This document shows, piece after piece, positions 45,801-55,414 of a stretch of 64,000 nt of DNA. The translations under genes and the position numbers were made by a program. Within the stretch, counting starts at the first letter, position 1. Each line of letters begins with the position of its first letter. The stretch covers positions 20,404-84,403 of the forward strand of contig JAUSKF010000004.1 of NCBI GenBank assembly GCA_030646995.1, given 5' to 3'. Below the pieces are notes generated by a model that did not search any database, was not told the origin of the DNA, and saw only the letters and a program-made list of their open reading frames with translations. The DNA comes from a bacterium. Its GTDB lineage: Bacteria > Patescibacteriota > Minisyncoccia > UBA6257 > WO2-44-18.

Positions 45801-46568
45801 CTAGTGAACGACTGCCGTACTGGGAGCTCGATCGCAAATCATCTTGGCCAGATGAGGCACGTCGCCAAGCTTCATCTTGCCGTTCTTGCCAACCTCGACA
45901 GCCTCTCCGAGAAGCGTCCAGCCTTCCTCCTCGGAAACCTTGTCCTTATCCTGGATCTTGCTGAACATCGTCAGATGACTTTGCGGAGCCATGACCTTCG
46001 CCTCCGGAATCTCTTCTTTTGGACTGGGCTTCGGACTCATCAGGTACCTGTAGTAGGCCCCGCCAGCCATGAAGAGACCCACGAAGACGTTGCTGGCCAG
46101 GAGGAGAGCCGATGCGGCGAAAACATAATGCAACGGCTGGATCATCCCCATCTGATGCAATTTCCACACGGAACTCGGCAGGCTGGCAAGCGGAGTCTCT
46201 GCAAGAGCAATCCAGGGAACGCTCGAGGAAGTGGTGAGCGCAGCCGTAACGAGACAATATAGGTAAAAGACCATCGCGCCAAACACGACACCCCCATCAG
46301 AGCCCTCATCCTTCGCGACTTTGATGGAGGCGAACGGAAAGATCGCGATTGATCCGCGATTGCGGATTGCCCACTTCCCCACCGCGATCGGCACGGTAAT
46401 CGGCAACTTCAGGATAGAACCGAGATTCCACAGGATCAGCATCGGAAGCTGGACGAGAGCCACATAAGCTCCCGACCCGATCACCTGCAAGATCGCCATC
46501 GGCACCATCAGCGGGTACACCACCAGCTTGACCGGGAACAGCGCGGACGAACCGAGAAACTTCAGCAT
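45801..46568 (-). CDS. GC-rich integral membrane protein, unknown function
   Basis: Start set at MLKFLGSS with strong RBS GGGAGAAAGG; ~6 TM helices; local GC clearly above window average. Confidence 0.5.
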   Translation of the reverse strand: MLKFLGSSALFPVKLVVYPLMVPMAILQVIGSGAYVALVQLPMLILWNLGSILKLPITVPIAVGKWAIRNRGSIAIFPFASIKVAKDEGSDGGVVFGAMVFYLYCLVTAALTTSSSVPWIALAETPLASLPSSVWKLHQMGMIQPLHYVFAASALLLASNVFVGLFMAGGAYYRYLMSPKPSPKEEIPEAKVMAPQSHLTMFSKIQDKDKVSEEEGWTLLGEAVEVGKNGKMKLGDVPHLAKMICDRAPSTAVVH

Positions 46569-46867
46569 TGCCTTTCTCCCTAAATCAAACTTGTTTGATC
46601 GGGCGATCAATCCGCAATGGATTAATCTAGCCTTTCGAGGGACTGGCGGTATAATAAACAAAAAACTCCGCAAAGTCAATAGCGGAGCTACTCATAGTTT
46701 TTCGGATTCACGAAAATTCGGAAAGCAATTAAAGCGGCAATGATGCCCATTACTACCAACAAACTCCACGGCGGATTCAGAAACCAGACCAGCAGAAGCC
46801 CTGTAACCATGATTGCCAACGGCACGAATCGGATCATCGCGATCGCCTCCAGAGAACTAATATAAAT

Positions 46868-47536
46868 CTAAGCCTTCCCCCGCTCCTGGTCAATTTTCTT
46901 ATGATGCCCACTCACGAGAACCTTGGGGACGCGCCAGATTTTTGACTTACGACCAACGACAGCCTTGAATTCCTCGGGGCGAGTGTAGACTTCATACGAG
47001 CCTTTTATTTCTTCCAGAGATTCCATTTTTCCCAATACTCCTTGGATTTGGCGAGAGACGGCGTCTAGCAAAACCAGCGCCGGCAACTCCCCTCCCGACA
47101 ACACATAATCCCCGATAGAAATTTCTTCATCTGCCACATATTTCGCCACTCGTTCATCTACGCCTTCATAGCGACCGCAGATTAAAATCAGCTGGTCGTA
47201 TTTAGATAATCTTTTCGCGATTGTGTTATCAAACTTCTTCCCGCGGGTACTAAAAAGAATTGTCCTAACTTTCGGCTTCTTCCCCCGCTTCCCCATACTT
47301 AATACTTGATACTTAATACTTGATACTGCTTTGTAGATTGGCTCCACCTTCATCACCATCCCCGGCCCACCGCCGTAAACCTTATCGTCTACTTTATTGT
47401 GCTTATCGGTAGCGTAGTCGCGGATATTATGCGCCTGAATTTTAATAAGGCCTTTTTCTTGAGCGCGCTTAATAATGGACTCGGAAATATAGGAGTCAAA
47501 AATTTTCGGGAAAATTGTGAGAATGTGGAATTTCAT
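46868..47536 (-). CDS. trmD: tRNA (guanine37-N1)-methyltransferase
   Basis: SPOUT TrmD motifs (YGGGPGMVM, CGRYEGVDERV, GDYVLSGGELPA); linker encoded by a 14-bp tandem duplication. Confidence 0.9.
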   Translation of the reverse strand: MKFHILTIFPKIFDSYISESIIKRAQEKGLIKIQAHNIRDYATDKHNKVDDKVYGGGPGMVMKVEPIYKAVSSIKYQVLSMGKRGKKPKVRTILFSTRGKKFDNTIAKRLSKYDQLILICGRYEGVDERVAKYVADEEISIGDYVLSGGELPALVLLDAVSRQIQGVLGKMESLEEIKGSYEVYTRPEEFKAVVGRKSKIWRVPKVLVSGHHKKIDQERGKA

Positions 47537-47540
47537 ATGG

Positions 47541-47587
47541 AGTAATCGCGAATAATGCTAATTAAAGATTTAATAATGCGAATAAGC
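47541..47587 (+). repeat. 47-bp TGCGAAT-triplet motif, copy 2 (abuts trmD start codon)
   Basis: AGTAATCGCGAATAATGCTAATTAAAGATTTAATAATGCGAAT. Confidence 0.6.
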
Positions 47588-47616
47588 TCATGGTACTGCG
47601 GATCCGGGAAAACTAA

Positions 47617-47642
47617 AACCCCGCAATAATCGGGGTTTTAGT
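47617..47642. terminator. Bidirectional intrinsic terminator
   Basis: AAAACCCCGATTATTGCGGGGTTTTAG. Confidence 0.65.
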
Positions 47643-47667
47643 TATGTAAGATCCGCCAGCTGGCGGA

Positions 47668-47961
47668 CTACTCTTTTTCCTGACGTTCACGAGGAACGTG
47701 AGTGGAACCTTCCGGCTCTTCAATTTTTAAGTTCACGCGGGCATTATTCTTAATGCCAACGATTCTCAAAAGAGAGCGGATGGCCTTGGCGGTAGCGCCT
47801 TCGCGGCCGACTACCTGACCCATGTCCTGGAGATGTACTTTCAAAGAAAGTAGAACTCCCATTTCATCTACCGTGCGCTTCACCACGACATCATCGGGAT
47901 GATCAACGATAGATTTGACAAGGTATTCCAAGAACTCAAGATCTGTAGATTTTTCTGCCAT
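47668..47961 (-). CDS. KH-domain RNA-binding protein (YlqC/UPF0109)
   Basis: GxxG KH motif (VVGREGATAKAI); conserved rpsP-KH-(rimM)-trmD neighbourhood. Confidence 0.75.
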   Translation of the reverse strand: MAEKSTDLEFLEYLVKSIVDHPDDVVVKRTVDEMGVLLSLKVHLQDMGQVVGREGATAKAIRSLLRIVGIKNNARVNLKIEEPEGSTHVPRERQEKE

Positions 47962-47983
47962 TTCTTTCTATTCAGAATTTTAT

Positions 47984-48382
47984 TTACGCGACCTTTTCTG
48001 CGGGGGCTTCAGCGGCTGGATCTGCGGCGGCCGGAGCTTTATCCGCCGAGGCGGGAGCTGCTGGAGCAGCTGCGGCGGGTCCGCCAGCTGGCGGATTCGC
48101 ATCCCCTTCTTTCTTCTTCGGCTGGCTATGAACTGCAATCTTTTTTCCGGAAAGAATCCCGGCGGTAATCAGCAAATTGTAGACGGTGTCGGTCGGCTTA
48201 GCGCCGGTTTTCATCCAATATTCCACTCGGTCTTTCTTAATTTCAGATTTATCCGTGCGGGGATTGTACCAGCCCAAATCTTCAACGTGCCTACCAAAAA
48301 GCTTGTGGCGCTTTTCATCCACAATAAGGCGGAAGCTCGCTTGGTGCTTCTTGCCAATCCGTTTTAGCTTTAACATCAACAT
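47984..48382 (-). CDS. rpsP: 30S ribosomal protein S16 with Ala/Pro-rich C-terminal extension
   Basis: MLKLKRIGKK…S16 core (~80 aa) plus ~50-aa A/P-rich tail containing PPAGG. Confidence 0.9.
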   Translation of the reverse strand: MLMLKLKRIGKKHQASFRLIVDEKRHKLFGRHVEDLGWYNPRTDKSEIKKDRVEYWMKTGAKPTDTVYNLLITAGILSGKKIAVHSQPKKKEGDANPPAGGPAAAAPAAPASADKAPAAADPAAEAPAEKVA

Positions 48383-48425
48383 TGATAGATATTCTATATC
48401 AGTCTGAGGACAAAGTCAAAGGGCT

Positions 48426-48547
48426 ACGGGAATAGCCCCTCGGAAACGGCATAATTTGCTTCCGGCGAGCAAATTTGCCTCTCCCTCGCTTCGCCACTAT
48501 TAAGACCAAGCTGGCGAAGCTCCGGCATGTTCCTCGAAACTATTCCC
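48426..48547 (+). repeat. ~125-bp hairpin-rich element L with 8-bp terminal inverted repeats (GGGAATAG/CTATTCCC)
   Basis: ~85% identical to reverse complement of 49429-49556; internal stems show compensatory changes between copies. Confidence 0.7.
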
Positions 48548-48567
48548 TTCGCTCTTTTTAAGAGTAA

Positions 48568-48704
48568 GGCTAGACAGCTTTAAGGAACATCTCGGAGGCG
48601 GTTGTGCTTGGCTCGTTCGTTATGTCCGAACGAACAGCCGCCGAGAGAGAAGGAAACTTTTCCGCAGGAGAAAAGTTATTCTGCTTCCAAGAAGCTGTCT
48701 GGCC
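48568..48704 (-). repeat. Structured ~125-bp repeat element, copy C, with 13-bp terminal inverted repeats (GGCCAGACAGCTT/AAGCTGTCTAGCC)
   Basis: Reverse complement ~90% identical to copy B at 34014-34140. Confidence 0.7.
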
Positions 48705-48768
48705 GAGCCATTGACTTGAAAATACTGTAGGCGTACTTTTAAGGCAGCTACTTTTCAAGGAAAAGCCG

Positions 48769-49377
48769 ATGAAAAGCTTCATTGCTCTACTCGTTTCCGC
48801 GACTGCGATTTTTGCCTATCCCGACGAAGAAGTCAAAGAGGAAGCAAAGGCTCCTAACATCGAAGGCTGGACGGTTTCCGATGCGGATCCGCCCAAGCAC
48901 GGCTTCCAGGCCGTGCGTATGAGCAAGACCGGCACCGCCCTGAAGCCCGACGATGCACGCCAGCCCGTGATGGAAAGTGTTTTTTATGAAGACCCGGATA
49001 ACCCCGGCGAATACGGCGGCATCTACCGCTCCAAGAACGATAGGGGTGAATGGGTGACCTTCGCTAAGGTCTGGGGCATCAAAAAAGTTGAAGGTAAATA
49101 TATGCAGGATGAAGACAGGGACGGCAACGGCGTACCCGACGGCAACGGCGAGATGAACTATGCAGTTCTCGACGAAAACGGGAAATGGGTTCCCGGCTTG
49201 CCCGGAAAAACCATCATGGCCTGGAAGACCGTCTGGAACGACTCGGATACGAAAGACTATCCAGTCGGTTTCAGCTACTGCCTGTGTTATGAAGATGAAG
49301 GCGACGCCAGCGGTCTCTTTATGAAGACCGGAAATGTCTGGATTGAAAAGCCGGAAGCCGAAAAAGACGAAGAGTAA
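48769..49377 (+). CDS. GC-rich secreted acidic protein, unknown function
   Basis: Signal peptide MKSFIALLVSATAIFAY; Asp/Glu-rich; terminator at ~49381-49410; flanked by inverted copies of element L/R. Confidence 0.55.
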   Translation: MKSFIALLVSATAIFAYPDEEVKEEAKAPNIEGWTVSDADPPKHGFQAVRMSKTGTALKPDDARQPVMESVFYEDPDNPGEYGGIYRSKNDRGEWVTFAKVWGIKKVEGKYMQDEDRDGNGVPDGNGEMNYAVLDENGKWVPGLPGKTIMAWKTVWNDSDTKDYPVGFSYCLCYEDEGDASGLFMKTGNVWIEKPEAEKDEE

Positions 49378-49428
49378 AACCAAAACCCCTCTCATGAGGG
49401 GCTTTTTGTTGTTTTCAAATTAACCAAA

Positions 49429-49556
49429 GCGAAGGAAATAGCTTCGAGGAACATGCCGGAGTTTCGCCAGCTGGGTCTTTCAGAAGTGGCGAAACGAGGG
49501 AGAGGCAAATTGAGCCGCTGGAGCTCAATTATGCCGTTTCCGAGGAACTATTCCCG
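49429..49556 (-). repeat. Element R, inverted copy of element L
   Basis: Reverse complement aligns with 48426-48547 end to end. Confidence 0.7.
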
Positions 49557-49561
49557 GAGCC

Positions 49562-51760
49562 CTATTCTAGTTTTAATGAAAGCACCCGCGAAGTCCCATC
49601 ATCTCCCATAGTCACACCATACATCACGCTGGCGGCTTCCATTGTGGCGCGGTTATGAGTAACCAATAAGAACTGGGTTTTTTCGGAAAAAGTTTTAATT
49701 AAGTCGGAGAAGCGGCGAGCGTTGCGTTCATCAAGCGGCGCATCTATTTCATCAAGCACCAGAAATGGCGGGGGGCTGACCGAGATAAGAGCAAAAAGCG
49801 CGGCGATAGAAACCAAACTCTTTTCTCCGCCCGAGAGCATTTCCAAACTACTGATTTTCTTACGGGGAATGCTGACGTGCACCTCCAAGCCACCATGGTC
49901 TACTTTGTGACCCGCATCTTCGTCCTCACTGGGAACCTCATCGCCCGGAGTCGCATTTTCCATATTAACCTCATCAGAAACTTCCGGCTTCGGCTCATCC
50001 TTTACCAATTTCAAGCTAGCCTTCCCGCCTCCGAACATCAGTTTAAAATACCTATCAAATTCATCGTTAATTGACGACATCGCTCTATCAAATTCGGTAT
50101 GAATTTTCTCATCCAAATCATTAATCAAAACTCCCAAGTCATCGGAAGCTTTATCCAAATCCGCCATTTGGGTAGACAAGAAATTATGTCGCGCCTCAGT
50201 ATCTTGGGCTTCTTTTACCAAAGCCGGATCCAAATCCCCTATTCCGGCCAACTCGGCCCGCAACTTAAACATCTTCTTCTCTAATTCCGCTAATCCGCCT
50301 CCGCCAACCAGGGCGGATGACGGACTCCCACCCACCAATTCCTTCGCAGAGAAATCACTCAACTTACGACCGGCCTGCGCCGCCAAATTATGCAATTCTT
50401 GCCGCCGAATAGTTATCCTTTCCCTATCAAAAAGCAGTCTATTTTTCTCATTTTCCAACTTCTGAATCTCATCTTTCTTTGCCTCCACTAATTCAAAAGC
50501 CTTCTTAAACACCGCGTTAAACCCGCGCAAATCTTCTGCTAACTTATCTTCCATGCCGGTCAACTGACCAAGCTCGGCATCCACTGCCGCCAAATCGGAA
50601 AATAATTTTTCTTTAGACTTTTCCAATTCTTTTACCTTTCCTTCGCGATTATCTGAACCAACGGAAAGTACACGCTCAATCTTATCTGAAAGCTCGCGCA
50701 AAATTGATTTCAAGCCCACTAGGTCGTCCTCTACTAGGGCTTCACCAATCTTTTCCCTCGTTTCTTCAAGCAGTTTCACCGCTTCGGCAGCCTTCATCTC
50801 CGACTTTGGCTGATTCACCAAAAATTCCATCTGCGCCTCCAAACGGCCGATGTCTTTTTGAAAAATAGACTTCTTAAAGAGAAAATCTGCCTGCTTCTTT
50901 TTAAAATCCTGAAAATTCTGGTCCCCTTTCGGGCCTGATTTATCGACTTTCGCCAACTCGCCCTGCACGTCTTTTAGTTCTCGTCGTTTGTCGTTGGTCT
51001 CTTTGTCTAAGCCGTTAAGTTGCGGCTCCAAATCTTTTAAATCCTTTTCTATATCAAATAAACGACCGCCGAAATAAATGGCCTCCAGGTCGTGGAGTTC
51101 TTTTTCCACATCTGCCTGCTTCTCCCACTTGGCGGCCTGACGACGGAGTAAACGTAAATGCGGGGTTAACTCATCAATCATCGCTTTCACTTTTTCCAAA
51201 TTAAATTTAGTAGAAACTAGTTTCCGTTCCGCCTCATGCTTTTTTAATTGGAACTGGCGCAATCCCAAAACCTCCTCAATCATCGCGCGGCGTTCCTTCG
51301 GAGTAGCGCGCACAAAAATATCGCTATTGCCCTGATTTACTATAGTAAGGCCACGGGTTCCAAGACGGGCTTTGGCAAAAAAATCTATGATATCTTTCAG
51401 GCGAACCGAGGCTTCATTTAAAAAATATTCCGAATCACCTCCGCGGCTGACTTTGCGGGTGATGGAAACTTCATCATAATCCACGGGAAAGAAATGATCG
51501 CTGTTTTCAAAAATCATTGTTGCCTGCGCCATACCCATGCGCGGCTTCTGTGGCGTGCCCGCGAAAATAAGATCTTCAGATTTAGTGCCGCGGATATTTT
51601 TCGCGTCACGCTCTCCTAGGAGCCAACGAATCGCATCAATCACGTTAGATTTACCCGAACCATTCGGGCCGACAATGGCCGTAATTCCTGCCGGAAAATC
51701 CAAAACCGTCTTTTGGGCAAAAGACTTAAAACCGACTAGTTCTAGCCGCTTCAACTGCAT
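49562..51760 (-). CDS. smc: Chromosome segregation protein SMC (short-coil form)
   Basis: N-terminal Walker A GPNGSGKSN, long coiled coils, C-terminal LSGGEKSLVSIA signature and Walker B LVLDEIDA; scpA/scpB present elsewhere in window. Confidence 0.75.
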   Translation of the reverse strand: MQLKRLELVGFKSFAQKTVLDFPAGITAIVGPNGSGKSNVIDAIRWLLGERDAKNIRGTKSEDLIFAGTPQKPRMGMAQATMIFENSDHFFPVDYDEVSITRKVSRGGDSEYFLNEASVRLKDIIDFFAKARLGTRGLTIVNQGNSDIFVRATPKERRAMIEEVLGLRQFQLKKHEAERKLVSTKFNLEKVKAMIDELTPHLRLLRRQAAKWEKQADVEKELHDLEAIYFGGRLFDIEKDLKDLEPQLNGLDKETNDKRRELKDVQGELAKVDKSGPKGDQNFQDFKKKQADFLFKKSIFQKDIGRLEAQMEFLVNQPKSEMKAAEAVKLLEETREKIGEALVEDDLVGLKSILRELSDKIERVLSVGSDNREGKVKELEKSKEKLFSDLAAVDAELGQLTGMEDKLAEDLRGFNAVFKKAFELVEAKKDEIQKLENEKNRLLFDRERITIRRQELHNLAAQAGRKLSDFSAKELVGGSPSSALVGGGGLAELEKKMFKLRAELAGIGDLDPALVKEAQDTEARHNFLSTQMADLDKASDDLGVLINDLDEKIHTEFDRAMSSINDEFDRYFKLMFGGGKASLKLVKDEPKPEVSDEVNMENATPGDEVPSEDEDAGHKVDHGGLEVHVSIPRKKISSLEMLSGGEKSLVSIAALFALISVSPPPFLVLDEIDAPLDERNARRFSDLIKTFSEKTQFLLVTHNRATMEAASVMYGVTMGDDGTSRVLSLKLE

Positions 51761-51811
51761 TGCTATTATTTTAACTAAAAAAGCCGCGTATTGCTACGCG
51801 GCTTCATATTT

Positions 51812-53632
51812 TTACGTCGGATTAGCACAACCGGCAATCACTGCATCAATTTCATCACCGGTCAGAACCTTCTTTTCCAGTAGTTCGGCAACCAACGCGT
51901 CGCGCTGACGCAAATTATCCTTAACAATCTGCTGGGCGCGCTCAAAGGCATCATCCAGAATCTTTTTAATCTCTTCGTCCACAATCTGAGCAAAAGCATC
52001 AGAACAGCTTAGATTGTTGGAGGACGCTCCCAAGAAATCACTACGCTGGGCAATCACCGCCAAACCAATGCGCTCGCTCATTCCGAATTCACAGACCATA
52101 CGACGAGCAAGGTCAGTGGCCATTTTACGATCCTGATGATCACCAATACAAGATTTTCCGTACTTAGCAATCTCTCCGGCTTTTCCGCCAAAGAGCATGT
52201 CGAGCATATTTTTGAAGTATTGCAGGTGAGCGCGGGTCATCTGATTTTCTTCCATAACCAGTCCGGTATAACCACCGGCTTTAGCTCGCGGAAGATTTGT
52301 AACTTTGCGCACAGAAATCTTGTGATGTCTCGCAACGATTGTATGTCCGATCTCATGATGGGTCACCAATTCCAAATCATCATCTGTCATCTCCCGACTC
52401 TTTTTAATCGGGCCCCAAGCGACTCGGTCAATCGCTTCGTCAAACTCCTTCATTCCGATCTCGTCTTTTTTGGCCCGAATAGCCATGAATGCGGCTTCAT
52501 TCGCAACCGCTTCCAACTTGGCGCCGGAATGATTAGGAGTCCACTTCGCGACTTGCATAAGGTCAACTTCTGGAGCCTTGGGTTTATTTCTGGTATGAAT
52601 CTTCAAGATTAATTCGCGGGCCTTCAAGTCAGGCAAATCAATACTGATTTCCCTATCCAAGCGGCCAGGCCTCTTCACCGCTTCATCCAGATTTTCCGGA
52701 CGATTAGTGGCGGCAATCACCAGAACACGTTCGTCGGTTTTGAATCCGTCCATCTCATCCAGCAGCGCCGTTACAGTCTGGGCTTTTTCGTCATTTCCAC
52801 CCGGACCAGGCATCCGCTGCGATGCAACCGCGTCAAACTCATCGAAAAAAATAATTGATGGGGCATGAGCGCGAGCCATGGCGAATGTTTCACGAATACG
52901 CATTGCGCCGACACCAACGAAAACCTGCACAAAATCCGAACCGCTCAAAGCATAGAAGGAGGCGCCGCATTCACCGGCCATAGCTTTAGCCATCAGGGTC
53001 TTGCCGACTCCGGGAGAACCCGTGAGCAAAATACCGCGCGGAGCCTTCGCTCCAAACTTCCGGTAAATTTCCGGGCGCTTCAAGGCATCAATCGCTTCCT
53101 GCGTTTCCTCAATCGCCTCATCGCAACCGGCAACATCAGAGAATCTTTCTTTCCGAGCCTTACTGGTCAAATTTCCTACACTAAGCATTGCCTTCTGCCG
53201 TCTAGAATTGAACCAGAAAAAGAAAACTATTAGCAAAACCAAAATCCCCCAAGAAGCAAAGAATTGCAAAGCATACACCCACCATTCAGTACCAAGGGGC
53301 TTGGCAGTCAGCTTCACGTTTTTGGCCAGCGCTATGGCTTCCAGCTTCTCGACGTCGGCGACTTGAGTATGGAAAAGTTTATTGCTGGAAAATTTTCCAG
53401 CGACCACTCCGGTGTTTCGATCGATGTTCATTTCTTTCACCGAACCACTGTCAATTTCCTTATACAACTCATCAATCGTGATGGCCTTGTCTTCAACATT
53501 CGGACCGCCGAAGAATCGATCATAGGCTCCGATTATCAACAAAGAGATAATAAAAATCATCAACAGCCGAAAAGAAGGAGGGCGAAATTTAGGGGAACGA
53601 CCCGGCGGAATTCCCTGCTGATTGGCAGGCAT
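51812..53632 (-). CDS. ftsH: ATP-dependent zinc metalloprotease FtsH
   Basis: AAA+ motifs (GSPGVGKTL, DEFDA), SRH, HEIGHT zinc site. Confidence 0.9.
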   Translation of the reverse strand: MPANQQGIPPGRSPKFRPPSFRLLMIFIISLLIIGAYDRFFGGPNVEDKAITIDELYKEIDSGSVKEMNIDRNTGVVAGKFSSNKLFHTQVADVEKLEAIALAKNVKLTAKPLGTEWWVYALQFFASWGILVLLIVFFFWFNSRRQKAMLSVGNLTSKARKERFSDVAGCDEAIEETQEAIDALKRPEIYRKFGAKAPRGILLTGSPGVGKTLMAKAMAGECGASFYALSGSDFVQVFVGVGAMRIRETFAMARAHAPSIIFFDEFDAVASQRMPGPGGNDEKAQTVTALLDEMDGFKTDERVLVIAATNRPENLDEAVKRPGRLDREISIDLPDLKARELILKIHTRNKPKAPEVDLMQVAKWTPNHSGAKLEAVANEAAFMAIRAKKDEIGMKEFDEAIDRVAWGPIKKSREMTDDDLELVTHHEIGHTIVARHHKISVRKVTNLPRAKAGGYTGLVMEENQMTRAHLQYFKNMLDMLFGGKAGEIAKYGKSCIGDHQDRKMATDLARRMVCEFGMSERIGLAVIAQRSDFLGASSNNLSCSDAFAQIVDEEIKKILDDAFERAQQIVKDNLRQRDALVAELLEKKVLTGDEIDAVIAGCANPT

Positions 53633-53691
53633 GCGTACACCTCTCTTAATTTCAAAGAGCTGAAAACTAGCCCAAGTAAAGCAATAATTTA

Positions 53692-54375
53692 CTAGTCGAG
53701 CAAGGACAAAGCCTCTTTCGCGGCATCTGCTTCCGCCTCTTGTTTAGACTGGCCGGTGCCTTTAGCAATCATTTTTTCCCCGAAATAAACTCCCACAGTA
53801 AATACCTTCGCATGATCCGGTCCGATTTCCGACAATACTTTATAAACCGGCGTGACTCGCTTGGTTTCCTGCACTTTTTCCTGAAGCTTGCTCTTCGGAT
53901 CCTTATAAGACCCGGCCCGTAAAACTTCTTCCAAATGCTCTAAAACAAATTTATTTACAAAGCTGTTTGCTACATCCTGTCCGCCATCAAGGTATATCGC
54001 GCCAATCAACGCCTCCATCGCGTTCGCCAGAATAACCTCACGCGCTTTTCCGCCATCTCTTGCCTCTCCACGGGAAAGCAAAACAAATTTCTCCAAGCCT
54101 ATATCTCCGGCAATCCGAGCCATCATCACATAATTCACTAAAGCGGCTCGATAACTCGTGAGCGCTCCTTCTTTCTGCTCCGGAAAACGCTTGTACAATT
54201 CTTCGGTAACCGATAATTCTAAAACCGCATCTCCCAAAAATTCCAATCGCTCATTGTCCGGCACATCCCACTTAGGATTTTCATTCAAATAAGAACGGTG
54301 AGTTACCGCCTCTTTCAAAAGGTTTTTTTCTTCAAACTTATAACCGATTACTTTTTCTAATTTAGATAACTCCAT
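53692..54375 (-). CDS. rnc: Ribonuclease III
   Basis: ERLEFLGDAVLEL RNase III signature + C-terminal dsRBD. Confidence 0.9.
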   Translation of the reverse strand: MELSKLEKVIGYKFEEKNLLKEAVTHRSYLNENPKWDVPDNERLEFLGDAVLELSVTEELYKRFPEQKEGALTSYRAALVNYVMMARIAGDIGLEKFVLLSRGEARDGGKAREVILANAMEALIGAIYLDGGQDVANSFVNKFVLEHLEEVLRAGSYKDPKSKLQEKVQETKRVTPVYKVLSEIGPDHAKVFTVGVYFGEKMIAKGTGQSKQEAEADAAKEALSLLD

Positions 54376-54459
54376 TTGTTTGGAGTTATTAAGTAACTAA
54401 GTAATTTCGTCATTCAACCGCCAAATAACCAAATTACTTAACAACTTAATAACTGAATT
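54376..54459. repeat. Intergenic inverted repeat between rnc and nusB
   Basis: TTATTAAGTAACTAAGTAATTT ... AAATTACTTAACAACTTAATAA. Confidence 0.5.
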
Positions 54460-54924
54460 TTATTCTTCTTTTTTCTCTTCTTTTGGCTTTTCCACTATCT
54501 GCCCAGAAGCCAACATTTCTTTATAAATGGTGCCGAGAACACCGTTGATGAACTTTCCGGAGTTCGGCCCACCGTAATTCTTGGAAATTTCGATGGCTTC
54601 ATTTATAGCAACCTTTGGCGGAACCTCCTCATGGTCCGCATGCAGCAACTCATAAAGACCTATGCGCAAAGCATTGCGATCGATAATGGCAATCTGCTCA
54701 ATCGGCCAGTCCGGCGCGGCGCGAGTGATAATGGTGTCCAGCTCTTCCAGATTATCCACGATTCCTTTCATCAATCTCCAAGCAAATTCCGGCTCATCAA
54801 TGCCGGGAGCAAATTCCGCAAGGTTTCTTTCCAAGACTTTCGTCAAATCTTCTTTCTTGTGGTAAAAGTCCCACTCAAAGAGTGATTGGAGGACTACTGA
54901 TCTTGCAAGTTGTCGAGTTGCCAT
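54460..54924 (-). CDS. nusB: Transcription antitermination factor NusB
   Basis: NusB all-helical fold pattern; Lys/Glu-rich C-terminal tail. Confidence 0.85.
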   Translation of the reverse strand: MATRQLARSVVLQSLFEWDFYHKKEDLTKVLERNLAEFAPGIDEPEFAWRLMKGIVDNLEELDTIITRAAPDWPIEQIAIIDRNALRIGLYELLHADHEEVPPKVAINEAIEISKNYGGPNSGKFINGVLGTIYKEMLASGQIVEKPKEEKKEE

Positions 54925-54982
54925 TCTTTCAGTTTGTAATTTTCAAACTTTCTATTTTCTACTTACTACTCTCTACTTACTG

Positions 54983-55147
54983 CTATTTCGCCTTCTCGTA
55001 CACTCCACACTGCGGGCAAGCCTTATGTGGAAGCATCGGACCCTGACACTTCAGGCAAGCGATAATCATGTGTTTTTTCAAAGCCAAATGCGACCGGCGA
55101 CGGCCGACTTTCGATTTAGAATGATGTTTTACTGGTACGCCACCCAT
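54983..55147 (-). CDS. rpmF: 50S ribosomal protein L32
   Basis: 54 aa: MGGVPVKHHSKSKVGRRRSHLALKKHMIIACLKCQGPMLPHKACPQCGVYEKAK (CxxC…CxxC zinc ribbon); not on ORF track (<60 aa). Confidence 0.75.
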   Translation of the reverse strand: MGGVPVKHHSKSKVGRRRSHLALKKHMIIACLKCQGPMLPHKACPQCGVYEKAK

Positions 55148-55261
55148 ATGAATAGTAGCTAGTGGCTAGTAGATAGTAGCTAGAACAGCCAATAGCAATA
55201 CTTTTAAGATAGCGGGTTTCAAGAAAATTGTCAAAGAGTCAGAGGATACTTGATTTTTTTA

Positions 55262-55340
55262 CCTACTGCTCCAAATTTTCAATTCAAAGAAGCAGAAAAT
55301 TTGGTTAGCAGTAGCAATCCTGAGCGTAGCGTAGGATTAC
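55262..55340 (-). repeat. ~90-bp double-hairpin element, copy 2
   Basis: See copy 1; lies in rpmF upstream/divergent region. Confidence 0.7.
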
Positions 55341-55414
55341 ATTTACCGTGTTGCCAAAATTAAAAGCCTATGCGACATTAATTATAGCGTTTTGACATAG
55401 AGAAAGGTCAGAAC

